From positions 84,739,333 through 84,792,211 of the forward strand of contig NC_068981.1 of the NCBI RefSeq assembly GCF_001194135.2: a stretch of DNA of 52,879 nucleotides. Reading direction: 5' to 3'. Positions 1-12,639 of this stretch are shown in pieces. A program made the translations under genes and the position numbers. The DNA is from Octopus bimaculoides. Lineage: Eukaryota. Each line of letters begins with the position of its first letter. Within the stretch, counting starts at the first letter, position 1. The notes below the pieces were generated by a model. The model was not told the origin of the DNA. It made no database searches and was given only the letters and a program-made list of their open reading frames with translations.

Positions 1-592
1 TATGTATATACATTTATATATACATACACACACATATATATGTACATACATACATACATGCATGCATACATACATACATACAAACATAGCATTTCGACCC
101 GTCGTGCACCGGTGCCTCGTTGATGAGATGCTTTACAAACAGTTGAGGTATATCACAGGTGCAGATGTGTCTCATCAGGTGACTTAATCACCGTTTCGCC
201 TATTTTGATTAGAATACATTTTGGTAGCTGTAGTTCGCTACTCATGTACACTAGAAACTCGAGTTATTTTCGAAACGCTACGGATACGAAAGAATTCCTG
301 AAGTAAATTCAGTGGCATTTACAACGCATACTGTTGATGACATCAGGTAGCAGAATACAGTGAACAGGCTTTAAACGACATACTACAAGGAGTATACCCA
401 AATTTAAAATACGCGCGTGCGTATGTGTTAAAGTTGTGAAGAAAGGCAAACAATTAGGCAACACATTTAATTTGAATTAGGACATTTAATTTGAATTAAT
501 TCAGTCTAATTTAACTACATAACGAATGGTAAAAAATAGTAAAATATACCTATTAGTTTGAGTTATCCTGACGAAAACTCCTCATATGCTAT

Positions 593-673
<81 letters not shown>

Positions 674-786
674 TCTATGTATGTATGTATGTATGTATAC
701 GCATACATGTATACATATATACATGGAAAAATGCGAGCATGAAAAATATTATTCTTAAGATTATAAACCTGAGAAAGTTTGCTGAG

Positions 787-1118
787 ACCCCCTTCGGTCA
801 TGAATGACCATAGGATTGCATCTAGAAAGTTACCCTCCAAGGCACAAGTCTGGGCAAGGTTGTTTATGGAAGACCAGCAGTCGCCCATGCATACCAGCCT
901 CCCCTTTCCACGCCACCAGTGCTATCCAAGTGTAAGCCAAAGGTTGATACAGTTTGGCAGCTGTGACGTCGCAACTCATTTCAATAGCTGAGTGAACTGG
1001 AGCAACGTGAAATAAAGTGTCTTGCTCAAGAACACAACACGCAGCCCGGTCTGGGATTCGAACTCACAACCTTACGATCGTAAGCTCAACGCTCTAACCA
1101 CTGAGCCATGTGCCTTCA
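787..1118 (-). mobile_element. tRNA-derived SINE, family D (head gtgaaggc.catggctcagtggttagagc)
   Basis: A-box and B-box (ggttgtgagttcgaatccc) on the minus strand. Probable TSD acctg(a/g)gaaagt at 767-778 and 1120-1131. Homologous copy at 43965-44229. Confidence 0.85.
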
Positions 1119-1414
1119 CACCTGGGAAAGTACAGGACAAGTTATTACACCTGTAAAAGTATAGGACAAACTACTACTTCAAGTAAAGTAAAGAATAAGA
1201 AACTTTTTACTTAAAATATTGCAGCAAAGAATGCCACTTCTAATTTATCACTCCTTAGAGTTCTCGCCTTTTAAATTTATTGTACAAAATTGTTCAGCTA
1301 ATTTGTAATTAGTCACTTTTTTCTGTATTTAAGGTAGTAAATTAACCAAATTCTACTTAAATATGCATAGTGATATTTGTAAGCTATAATAAAATATATA
1401 TATATATTTATATA

Positions 1415-1660
1415 GGTGCAGGAGTGGCTGTGTGGTAAGTAGCTTGCTTACCAACCACATGGTTCCGGGTTCATTCCCACTGCGTGGCACCTTGGGCAAG
1501 TGTCTTCTACTATAGCCTCGGGCCGACCGAAGCCTTGTGAGTGGATTTGGTAGACGGAAACTGAAAGAAGCCCGTCGTATATATGTATATATATATGTAT
1601 GTATGTGTATGTGTGTCTGTGTTTGTCCTCCCAACATCGCTTGACAACCAATGGTGGGTG
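1415..1660 (+). mobile_element. SINE family A (CORE-like), 3'-truncated
   Basis: Head ggtgcaggagtggctgtgtggtaag, CORE-like accttgggcaagtgtctt segment and an internal TA/TG microsatellite. Same sequence at 5758 and 9991. Confidence 0.85.
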
Positions 1661-1665
1661 ATAAT

Positions 1666-1926
1666 CTAGTGCGAGTGAAAGTCATTCAGAAAACGATTAT
1701 AATAATAATAATTTTTATTATAAATGATCTTGACATTCTTTTTACTTTACATAAAATATTCTTTACTGTTGTTTTATTGCCATTTATTTACGTGTATTAT
1801 AAATTTTGTAGGTAAAATATATTTCTAGGAACGAATTACGATTTGTAACATTGCTACTATGGGAAATTATTGCTCTGCTTTACGAGCGGTCTCCGGGAAC
1901 AAATTAACTCTATATCGAGACATTAC

Positions 1927-1930
<4 letters not shown>
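1666..1930 (-). mobile_element. pogo/Tigger-like MITE, 5' half
   Basis: Reverse complement of about 8972-9260. Ends in gagacattactg next to (TA)n. Confidence 0.75.
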
Positions 1931-1968
<38 letters not shown>

Positions 1969-2678
1969 TTCAAAAAAAGAAAAACGACAAAAAACAACAA
2001 AAAACAACAACGCAAGGACGTGATACACATTGTGTTACTGGACGCTCGGGAAAGGAAAGAAAAAGAATTTGACGTTTCGAGCGGAGCTCTTCGTCGGAAA
2101 CATAGGAAGGTCCAAAGAAGGGAAAGACGGAGGGAGAAAAATCGCCAACGATATCCACGAGGTTACATTGTGGAATATATATATACACATACACAGACAC
2201 ACATATACGCATATATATTGCATATATATACATATATATATATAAATATACAAATTAATGCATGTGTGTGTCTGTGTGTGTGTGTTCAATATCAACATTC
2301 TCAGACGAACTACAAAATATCAGCATCTTTTTCAAATACTCACTCAAAAATATAATGAATCAATAAAAGATTGTTTGAATTTGCTTGAAGTATTGTAATG
2401 TTCGTAAATTATATAAACGTTTGAAGTAAACTTTGATTAATGTAGATGATAATTTAGACAAACAATGTAAGTTTATGTCAATAAGGAAAAGCAAAGAGGA
2501 AAGATATTCTCTTATTCAAACAGGATGTTTAATGATCTTAAAATTTCGGAAAAGATGTCTCTTTTCAAATTGACGAAAGAAAATAATCAAAGAGTCTGGA
2601 TAATTATGTTGTTATTGGCATGAAATAATGCATTTCTGTTCTATGTATGTATATATGCATGTATGCATGTATGTATGT

Positions 2679-2912
2679 ATTATTTCTTTACTACCCACAA
2701 GGGGCTACACACAGAGGGGACAAACAAGGACAGACAAACGGATTAAATCGATTATACCGACTCCAGTGCGTAACTGGTACTTATTTAATCGACCCCGAAA
2801 GGATGAAAGGCAAAGTCGACCTCGGCGGAATTTGAACTCAGAACGTAACGGCAGACGAAATACCGCTAAGCATTTCGCCCGGCGTGCTAACGTTTCTGCC
2901 ACCTCGCCGCCT
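2679..2912 (-). mobile_element. tRNA-derived SINE family B (central gcctttcatcctttcggggtcga domain)
   Basis: Nearly intact copy with B-box gagttcaaattcc and CpGs retained. Related copies at 8355, 18420, 22020, 27215, 28170, 30670, 32618, 38470, 50786 and 51020. Confidence 0.85.
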
Positions 2913-3464
2913 TATGTGTGTATGTATGTATGTATGTATGTATGTATGTATGTATGTATGTATGTATGTATGTATGTATGGGTGTGTGTATGTATGTATG
3001 TATGTATGTATGTATGTATGTATGTGTGTGTGTGTATGTATGTATGTATGTATGTATGTATGTATGTATGCATGTATCGATGGTTGAAATTGTAGGCTAC
3101 AGTTTTAGACCTTGGTACCTCAAATATGCGTAAGGACAAATTATTTTAAGGATATGGTCTCAGGTTTTGTAACTGTTTCTGATCCTTTTATAGCATAAAC
3201 CCCAGCGATACTGGCTGTTACTGCTACGAGTGTGTTTGTGTGTGTCTGTGTGTGTGTATGTGTGTGTGACTATATAATATACATACATGCATACAAACAA
3301 GCAAACATAGTCATCAAGAATGTTCGCATGTATATACTTGATGACTGCAACTTAATTTCGATCAATGCCATTGCTTAAGCATAAACAGAATGTTTATGGC
3401 TTTCCATTTCTGCTCGAGATCTTCAATTTTTGCATAGATGTGGCAATGATGGGTGCCTCTTGAA

Positions 3465-3545
3465 GCAGCTGTTCAGAGAACATATCACCCACACTGACGC
3501 ATGCTTTCATTCCATCATGGAATTTTTCGTTGAGTATTTTTGTTT
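3465..3545 (-). mobile_element. Short RTE-type reverse transcriptase fragment
   Basis: Translates KFHDGMKACVSVGDMFSE, similar to the RTE RT segment QFHDGMxARV. Confidence 0.5.
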
Positions 3546-4094
3546 TTTCGGTTATGGCCAACCACATCATGCAACTCATAATGGAGACGTTAATAGAGAT
3601 GTTAAATAATCAAGCGATTCGTGCACCTGAAACTTTTTTTGTAATAAGGAAAGGCCTCGTACAAGGTCGATCTAGCTCTCTAAATAACGTATGCAATTAT
3701 CTAAAACTAAAGAGTTGTCGAAATTATTGAATGCAAACAAAATTGCACATGTTACATCGGAGTTTTCCTTCTGGAGAGACTGACTAAACGATCTGGATGA
3801 AGAACTTTCGTTTTGACACAAAGTCTTTTGAAGTTGAAAAGTTTTCCTGTTGTCCTACATCTTATATAGACCCCCTTCAACCCAATTTTCGAAAGCTATT
3901 TGAAAGACTATTGTAAAGTACAGAGCAAACTAGATAGGAGCAGGAATATCACCCTGTTTTATACTATTTTCTACAGAAATTACATCTGACCGAGTATCTC
4001 TAACATTAACTCTCACTTGCACCCCATCATAAAACTAAGTATACTCACAAATTTTTCAGGGCAGCCCAAAGTGCAACTTATTTACAAAATCAAA

Positions 4095-4594
4095 CAATTG
4101 TCAGATCGATAAAACTTGATATAAGTCCATATCCTGTTCATGTTCAATGCACTTCTCTTGTAGCAGTCTAGCTGAAAATATACCCATAGTGCTCCTACCA
4201 CCTCTAAGCCTAAATTGTGATTTTGGTAGAACCTCATCAGCTGGTGTGAAGGTAAACACCATCAGTCGATGTTTCAGCATGACTGCGAAGAAGATGCCAA
4301 ATAGAGTGAGGGCAATCACACAGCCCTGCTTCATGCCTCCGTAAAAGGGCTACCAAATTGAACGACGCCTTTCATGTCCGCGTGAAATGATTGGACAATC
4401 ATGAGAAGTCTTGGAGGACAACCAATGTTGGCAAGAATTTTGAACAGGCCATCTCAACTGACTAAGTCAAAAGCCTTTGTGAGGTCGATGAAGGTGATAA
4501 TGAGTTTCTTGCTTTTGCTCTCGGCACTTCTGTAGCTATCGAAGACAGATCATGTCGCTGGTGAGGCGGTCTGATCTGAAACAGCACTGAGATT

Positions 4595-4600
<6 letters not shown>
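4095..4600 (-). mobile_element. Two tandem RTE/BovB-type RT pseudogene fragments
   Basis: 4250-4600 reads ESQC.FR...FIDLTKAFDLVS.DGLFKIL...KQGCVIALTLFGIFF. 4095-4250 reads DEVLPKSQF...STMGIFSARLLQEKCIEH, which repeats the earlier RT region from a different subfamily. Stops and frameshifts present. Confidence 0.85.
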
Positions 4601-5287
<687 letters not shown>

Positions 5288-5757
5288 AACGCATATTCTT
5301 TCTTCTTGGCTGTCACACTTCTTGGCAGAAAATTCTGTTTATGTAAATCAATTTCGCGGACGATTATTTACTTTCTCGTCTGTTTATAGATCAAAAATTT
5401 GGCATAACCCCGACCACAGCTATAGAAGAATAGTGTTGGTAGTCCTAGTGTAGAGAAGGTTGTTCGGGTCTTCATTTCTTTCCATCTAATTTGACCTTGC
5501 AACATTTACTCCTTTCTTTAGATGCAAGTGCAACCAGTTGAAAGTTCCGCATACCGGATGCTAGCAAGCTTGTGGGGTCATCAGGAGAGAATGCGAGCCG
5601 TTTTGGAGCTTTCCTCTCGACTGCATTATTGTGCACCGCCGCCCCCACTCCTTACTGAGATGAAACCCCGCTTGCTAGATCAACTGCTTACTAGGTTTCG
5701 CTCAATATTCTTCTAGTCATTGCTCATCGCCTCATTTTAACCAAATTCTTAACTATA

Positions 5758-5920
5758 GGCGCAGGAGTGGCTGTGTGGTAAGTAGCTTGCTTACCAACCA
5801 CATGGTTCTGGGTTCAGTCCCACTGCGTGGCACCTTGGGCAAGTGTCTTCTACTATAGCCTCGGGCCGACCAAAGCTTTGTGAGTGGATTTGGTAGACGG
5901 AAACTGAAAGAAGTCCGTCG

Positions 5921-5953
<33 letters not shown>

Positions 5954-6184
5954 GTGTGTGTTTGTGTGTCTGTGTTTGTCCCCCCCCCNNNNNNNNNNNN
6001 NNNNNTTGGCAACCGATGCTGGTGTGTTTAGGTCCCCGTAACGTAGCGGTTCAGCAAAAGATATCGATAGAATAAGTACTAGGCTTACAAAGAATAAGTC
6101 CCGGGGTCGATTTGCTCGACTAAAGGTGGTGCTCTAGCATGGCCACAGTCAAATGACTGACACAAGTAAAAGAGTAAAAGAGTA
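5758..6184 (+). mobile_element. SINE family A, full length (small gap inside)
   Basis: Runs from the head ggcgcaggagtggctgtgtgg to the tail aaatgactgacacaagtaaaagagtaaaagagt. Confidence 0.9.
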
Positions 6185-6410
6185 TAGTCGGGATATCATT
6201 CATGATGGTATCTGCATTACAATTAGACCCAGCGACAACAACAATTGCCTCACGCTATGTCCAATGATTCTGCAGTTAGTTGCAGTTAAGTTGCTGTCTT
6301 CTATACAATCGCGATCAGACCGCCGTCTTCGATAATAACTGGCAAGTTGCAGGTAAAACTACCTGAAAAACAAAGCTGGATGTATGTTACAACTTTGAGT
6401 TAAAACACAT

Positions 6411-6836
6411 CTTTTCTTTTTTACTTGTTTCAGTCATTTGATTGCAGCCATGCTGGGGCACCACCTCGATGGGTTTTAGTCGAACAAATAGACCGCCGGG
6501 ACTTTTTTTTAAGCCTAGTGCTTCTTCTATCGATTTCTTTGTCGAATCGCTAATTTACGAGTACGTTAACACACCAACACTGGTTGTCACAATAAATAAA
6601 CATACATACATACATACATACATACATACATACATACATACATACATACATACATACATACATACATACATACAAGACGGGCTTCTTTCAGTTTGTTTCC
6701 GTCTGCCAAATCTACTCACAGGGCGTTGGTCGACCTGAAGCCATAGTAGAATTTACTTACCCCAGATGCCACGCAGTAGGACTGAACTCGGATCCATGTG
6801 GTTGGGAAGCAAACTTCTTATCACACATTCACGCCT
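6411..6836 (-). mobile_element. SINE family A, diverged, with expanded (CATA)n
   Basis: Reverse-complement tail ttacttgtttcagtcatttg, and the CORE/tRNA head near 6760-6836. Confidence 0.8.
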
Positions 6837-6863
6837 TGTGTGTGTGTGTGTGTGTGTGTTTGT

Positions 6864-6925
<62 letters not shown>

Positions 6926-7328
6926 ATATATGCATGTATATGTATTTAGGTAGATATATACATATAGGAACAGGACATCACCAACGGTTCAAACAACATG
7001 AAATACATAAACAAACGAGTTAAACATGTAAACAACTAGAAAAAATGTAGAACAGGACAAGTAAACACAGAGAAAGGACCCTTCATCAGTTGTCGGCTGA
7101 GTCCCCAAATTTAGGATTTATGGAGGGCCAAAGTTGGGAACAAAAATATGACAGTGGAGACATACAAGGAAACCGTACGAAAACAAACATGGAGGGTCGT
7201 TAGACCAGAACGAGAGGAAAATAGTGAAGTCTGTGAGAAGTATTTTTTTGAAAAGAGAAAAGATAGAAGAGAGATAAAACAAAAACGCCCGCTTTTTTTA
7301 ACGTCCCTGCAGATATATATATATACAC

Positions 7329-7608
7329 AGTCTGTTACAGTCTGTCAGATACCGGCCATGATGAAATACCAAAAGGTATTGAAAATACGTATTCGCCTTT
7401 ATATATTTAATCCTTTATATTGAACACTCAGTATTTCATATATTCAATAAGACATATTCCATATATTTAATAAGACATTCAATACTTCATTTCATTGTAC
7501 CATCCATTTTTATATTATATATTATATATTCCATATTTTATATCCCACATTAATTTTACAAGAATATAAATAAAACATAAAAAACAGACAGAGTTGGAAC
7601 TCTTTTAA

Positions 7609-7612
<4 letters not shown>
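7329..7612 (+). mobile_element. Penelope-like pseudo-LTR relic, type A (hammerhead-bearing)
   Basis: About 95% identical to both arms of the 34703-35342 inverted repeat. Flanked by (TA)n on both sides. Hammerhead-like core at 7354-7397. Confidence 0.65.
7354..7397 (+). ncRNA. Minimal type-I hammerhead ribozyme-like motif (variant core)
   Basis: GGC-CA-TGATGA-[AATACC aaaa GGTATT]-GAAA-[ATACGTAT palindrome]-TC-GCC. Stem II is a perfect 6 bp, stem III is palindromic and stem I is GGC/GCC. Confidence 0.62.
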
Positions 7613-7654
<42 letters not shown>

Positions 7655-7659
<5 letters not shown>

Positions 7660-7846
7660 AATAAAACTGCAAAGACATCACAAAAACTATTACTCAGAGT
7701 TTCACGTTCCCGTTCATCGGACCGTAATCAAAACTGTCCGACAAACGGGAATGTGAAACTCTGAGTAACAGTTTCTGTGATGTCTTTGCAGCTTTATTAA
7801 TAAAGCATATTGCTCTCCCTCCGGCATTCAAGTACTATTTTTTCCA
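7655..7846. mobile_element. Penelope-like relic, type B: 68-bp inverted repeat with two hammerhead-like motifs
   Basis: Arms 7655-7722 and 7736-7803 (6 mismatches) with a 13-nt spacer. The tail 7795-7846 is homologous to 34366-34420. Confidence 0.65.
7730..7775 (+). ncRNA. Degenerate minimal type-I hammerhead motif
   Basis: AAAACTGT-CCGACAA-[ACG ggaa TGT]-GAAA-CTCTGAG-TA-ACAGTTTC. Stem I pairs over 7 bp. The core differs from CUGANGA at two positions. Confidence 0.6.
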
Positions 7847-8354
7847 GAGCGAGGGGAGGAAGGGAGAGAGAGCGAGGACTATATTGTTCAATGTATCCAT
7901 CCTGTACAACGATATTAGTATGTGGCATAAGAGAATTTGGTAGTTGTTTCTAGTAGGTCGATCAAAGACAGAGAAGTTTCGTTGGCTTGTGTGCTATTTA
8001 TTTGTTGACTATAATATTCGGGAGAACCCAAATTTATAAAATGAAATTCAGTGACTGCGTTGTAGTCAGAGAGAATGTAGGAAATTATGTAATGTAATTG
8101 GCGTAATTTAACATGTGCTTTATGAAGTAATTAAATGGAATATTTCCTGCAGCTGTAAGTTTCAATGAGATTAGAGTATTTAAGCTTTATGTTGTTGCTT
8201 TCTATGAAAGATATACAAGCTACTACATTCGGTCTTCACGTTCCAGTGGCTTTATTTTATTAATGTGTGTTCTTATATTTAACACAAAGTTCATATATAT
8301 CATCATCATCATCATCATCATCATCAACATCAGTATCATCATCGTCATCATCAT

Positions 8355-8560
8355 TTCGCAGGATTGTTAGCACACTGAGTAAAATGCTTAGTGACATTTC
8401 GTCCGTTTTCACGTTCTGAGTTCAAATTTCGCTGAGGTCGACTTTACCTTCCATCCTTTCGGGGTCGATAAAATCACTACCAGTTGACCACTGGGGTCGA
8501 TGTAATCGACTTGCTGCCCCATACTTCCGAAATTGCTGGCCTCGTGTCAAAATTTGAAAT
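8355..8560 (+). mobile_element. SINE family B preceded by (CAT)n
   Basis: gttctgagttcaaatttcgctgaggtcgactttaccttccatcctttcggggtcgataaa. Confidence 0.85.
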
Positions 8561-8971
8561 CGTTATTACGGCTCAATTTTACTAAGATTTTTGAAGTGGA
8601 GCTTTTTTTTTTGTCCACAGCTGACTCACTAGTGGATGACTAGACCAACACGAGATAGGCAGGCAGAGCCGGGTACAGCAATTGCAAAGCAAATTCTGTA
8701 CAGGGCTTGGTGTTGCAACCGCATTGTATATACTACACTCTGTAAATACTACACTCATAAGTGTTTAATACTTCATATAAAGTAGATGCTGCTGTCGTAA
8801 TTGTTTAAACCCATCTAAACTCTAACTTTCTTTCGACACATTCTTAATCTAAGACTACTGCATCAAATGTCTTTCATTTTAAAACATTAAGGTGTGATTA
8901 TCAACTCATTCGGATGCTCTGTCTGGCTGACTCGTAGAACATTGCTGTAGAAGTAGAATTTATGAAGAATA

Positions 8972-9538
8972 CAGTGACGCCTCGATATACGAGTTAATGT
9001 GTTCACGGACACCATTCGTAAAGCGAAAACTCGTAAAGTAGAGCAATGATTTCCCTAGTAGCAATGTTATACATCGTAATTCGTTCCCAGAAAAATATTT
9101 TACCTATAAAGTTTATAATACTCGTAAATAAATGGCAGTGAAACAACAGTAGAATGTAAAGAATATTTTACGTAAAGTAAAAAGCATATCAAGATCATTT
9201 ATAATAAAAAAAATATTTCTATTATAATCGTTTTCTGAATGACTTTCACTCGCACTAGACTCGCATACACCATCACTTGTAGATGCGATCGCCGATTCAC
9301 AAGCACTCGTAGACGGACTTGTAGATTTCTTTTTTCAAAAAGAAGTCTAGAGTTTGTTTGCTTAGAAGAAACTTTTTTCCGTTCTCCATAAATTTCTCAA
9401 TAACACGCAGAAGCATTTGTTATGGTAGTAGAAATGTTTGCACTTCGTTCAAAATTTGGATCTTTATATTTATTATAAAATAAAACATGTAAACCCGGGG
9501 TCTCGCAAAGCGGATTTTTGTAGAGTGAGATATTACTG
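8972..9538 (+). mobile_element. pogo/Tigger-like non-autonomous DNA transposon
   Basis: Termini TA|CAGTGACGCCTCG and GAGATATTACTG|TA (CAGT...ACTG with TA duplication). Partial inverted copy at 1666-1930. Confidence 0.75.
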
Positions 9539-9990
9539 TATATCTCACTGGTGAGTATGGACCGTACATCAAAGTGGACTCGGATGAAATAAATGACACT
9601 TAGATTGCAATTGAATTGCATACAGAATTCATCATTTCTTATACTATAAATCACAGTCGTTTTCCCTTTTTCGTTTGTTTATTCTCAAACTTAGCATCTA
9701 AAATTTAAGATGGTTTACGACTTGAATGTTCACTCGATCTAACAAAAGATTCGAAAGTAAATCTTGTAGCAAGTTGGACCCCATAAATACCGTACGACAT
9801 AGAGAGATTGGGTGTGGAGACAGCGAAGACAGTAATACTAAGAGATTCATCAGCTGAATAAAGAATAAAAATTTGAAATAAAGTAGTCGGGGTAACGATT
9901 AGGATAACGACGAGTGAAACTTCATGTTTCAGAGAATGGTTATGTAGTCCGGATTTCCTTTATTACTTTCAACAAATTTTTTCAAAAATA

Positions 9991-10159
9991 GGCGCAGGAG
10001 TGGCTGTGTGATAAGTAGCTTGCTTACCAACCACATGGTTCCGGGTTCAGTCCCACTGCGTGGCATCTTGGGCAAGTGTCTTCTACTATAGCCTCGAGCC
10101 GACCAAAGCCTTGTCAGTGGATTTGGTAGACGGAAACTGAAAGAAGCCCGTCGTATATA

Positions 10160-10190
<31 letters not shown>

Positions 10191-10405
10191 CTGTGTCTGT
10201 GTCTGTGTTTGTCCCCCCACCATCGCTTGACAACCGATGGAGGTGTGTTTACGTCCTCGTAACTTAGCGGTTTGGCATAAGAGACCGATAGAATAAGTAC
10301 TAGGCTTCCAAAGAATAAGTCCTGGGGTCGATTTGCTCGACTAAAGGTGGTGCTCCAGCATGGCCGCAGTCAAATGACTGAAACAAGTAAAAGAGAGTAA
10401 GAGAG
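9991..10405 (+). mobile_element. SINE family A, full length
   Basis: Complete head, CORE-like segment, internal (TG)n and gagtaaaagag-type tail. Confidence 0.92.
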
Positions 10406-10775
10406 AGAGTGTTTTGAAGAGTAAACTAACAAAATAGTTGTCAATATAGCAGTCTGTGTTATACGTGGGTAAATGAGTCCTCTAATGCTGAAAATATTAA
10501 CTAGACAGCTGATACAAAGAGTGGCAAAAAGTAGCCTTACTGGTAAGGTCATTGACTTTTCTTTATTTATTCATTTTTTTTTTTTTCCAGTTAACAAATG
10601 TTTTACAGATGTTAGCTAACCGCAATAATCTGCAACATAAAGTCTTAAGATCCAAGTCCAATGTTGGTGTAGAATCAATAAAAAAAAAACACTTAGAAAT
10701 ATAAACATCGCAAACCAGAGACGTGTAACGTAATATAGTGTAACACTTCACGAATCAACTTAATATAGTGTAACA

Positions 10776-11228
10776 CAATGGTTCTTAACCTTTTGTTTTT
10801 GAGGGGTTTTTTTGTTTGTTTTTGTTTTTTTGTAGCGCCCCAAATAGTTGTCTAGCGCCAACCTAAGCAGCGAGTGAGGTATCACGACTAAAGTAACTTA
10901 ACTCGAATGATAATTTATGATAAATTTTACTCTAAAAATGGATTATGAAAGCTTTTAACAGTGAAATGATAAAAAAAATTAATAAAGACAAAATTTGTAA
11001 ATTTACTTCATACATGGCAAGTTAATGACTTCATTATACATGATGATATCTAATTCAATTTTAATAACCATTACTAATTTTTCATGTATAAATACTACTA
11101 AAGGTAAAATTTAGCATGTTAATTATGTTACCTCACCGTGCTCCTCACCGTCCTCTAAAGCCTAACGCCTTTGACATGCCCAGCGACCCTTGGGTGGGGT
11201 GCAGTACCGCCCATATTCAGAACCTTTG
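10776..11228. mobile_element. hAT (Charlie-like) MITE
   Basis: Termini CAATGGTTCTTAACC and TTCAGAACCTTTG resemble CAGTGGTTCTCAAC TIRs. Exact 8-bp TSD GTGTAACA at 10768-10775 and 11229-11236. Confidence 0.85.
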
Positions 11229-12639
11229 GTGTAACACTTCGCGCATCAATTTAAACATGTCAAACAGACATCAAAATATAACTACGAGAAGTATCACATC
11301 ACTCGTAAAGAAAACTTACTGAAGTAAATTTTCGGAAAGGAATCAATCAAATAATACTAAAATCACTTTTAAATCCTTATTAAAACTACCAGTTTGGAGT
11401 CACACATAAACTCGCGTCCAAGACAAGAGGTTCAGTAATTTGTAGTGGCAGAGGTCAATATGTAAACATATATATATATATATATATATATANNNNNNNN
11501 NNNNNNNNNNNNNNNNNNNNNNNNNNNNNNNNNNNNNNNNNNNNNNNNNNNNNNNNNNNNNNNNNNNNNNNNNNNNNNNNNNNNNNNNNNNNNNNNNNNN
11601 NNNNNNNNNNNNNNNNNNNNNNNNNNNNNNNNNNNNNNNNNNNNNNNNNNNNNNNNNNNNNNNNNNNNNNNNNNNNNNNNNNNNNNNNNNNNNNNNNNNN
11701 NNNNNNNNNNNNNNNNNNNNNNNNNNNNNNNNNNNNNNNNNNNNNNNNNNNNNNNNNNNNNNNNNNNNNNNNNNNNNNNNNNNNNNNNNNNNNNNNNNNN
11801 NNNNNNNNNNNNNNNNNNNNNNNNNNNNNCAGTCACTGGATAAGTTTGGCATAGAAATGTTAACATAGAGTGGTGAATAAATCGATATATCGAATTTGAA
11901 GTCTCTGTCTCTTTTGAATATGAAAATTTAAAAGTTTAAAAATCTTATGATATAAATATAAACTGTGAGAACGACCCTTAAGGAATCTAATTAATGATCT
12001 CCTAAGGTAAGTTCTTATGCTATATTGGTAACGGTTGCCACATCCTCTGGAAAAAAATTATTATATATATATATATATATATATAGGAAGAGTGATTTTT
12101 GCAAGTAGGAAGCAAGGTCTAAATTACATAATGCTGTGTGATCTTTAATAAGAAATGCGAAGAAAGCAAACCAAAAAGATTAAGGAACATTTGGAGTAGA
12201 ATAGTTAGGAAAAAATTAATAGTTAATATATGTCAGAGACAGAGGCAGTATTAATACCAAGAGACGAGAGATAATATTTATTCCCATTTAAACATGGATG
12301 TTCTGTTAGTACAAACTATACTGCAGTAGCTATCATGAAATAAATTTTTATATTGGCTTTGGTGCAAAATGCACTCTTGTTTACATCGCTAGCGAAGCAA
12401 CATCAGCAGCTCAAAATTGATGAGAGTTATATTTATCATTTGATTGTCGTTTCAGTTTTCAAAAAAGTTATATGAATTATTCCAGAAAGTTGAACGTCAC
12501 ATTCTTCTTGTCTTCCAAGATCATCAACTATTTCTGTAGATGCTTCCGCCTTTCTCCATGCTCTTTTTACTAGCTGCATGCTGATTGGGGAACTGTTATT
12601 GTTAACATTGGCTTGATTCAAATGGCTGATACATCTTCT

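Noticed and set aside
335-420. ~85-bp sequence shared with 23530-23620
   Set aside because: It is clearly a dispersed repeat fragment, but no termini, TSD or coding motif allow classification.
779-991. Duplicated [19 protein letters not shown]... (also 43981-44172)
   Set aside because: Both are antisense readings of SINE family D copies.
2-3139. ORFs rich in YI/CV/MYVC/HTYI repeats (here and throughout the window)
   Set aside because: They are translations of (TA)n, (TG)n and (TATG)n microsatellites, not genes.
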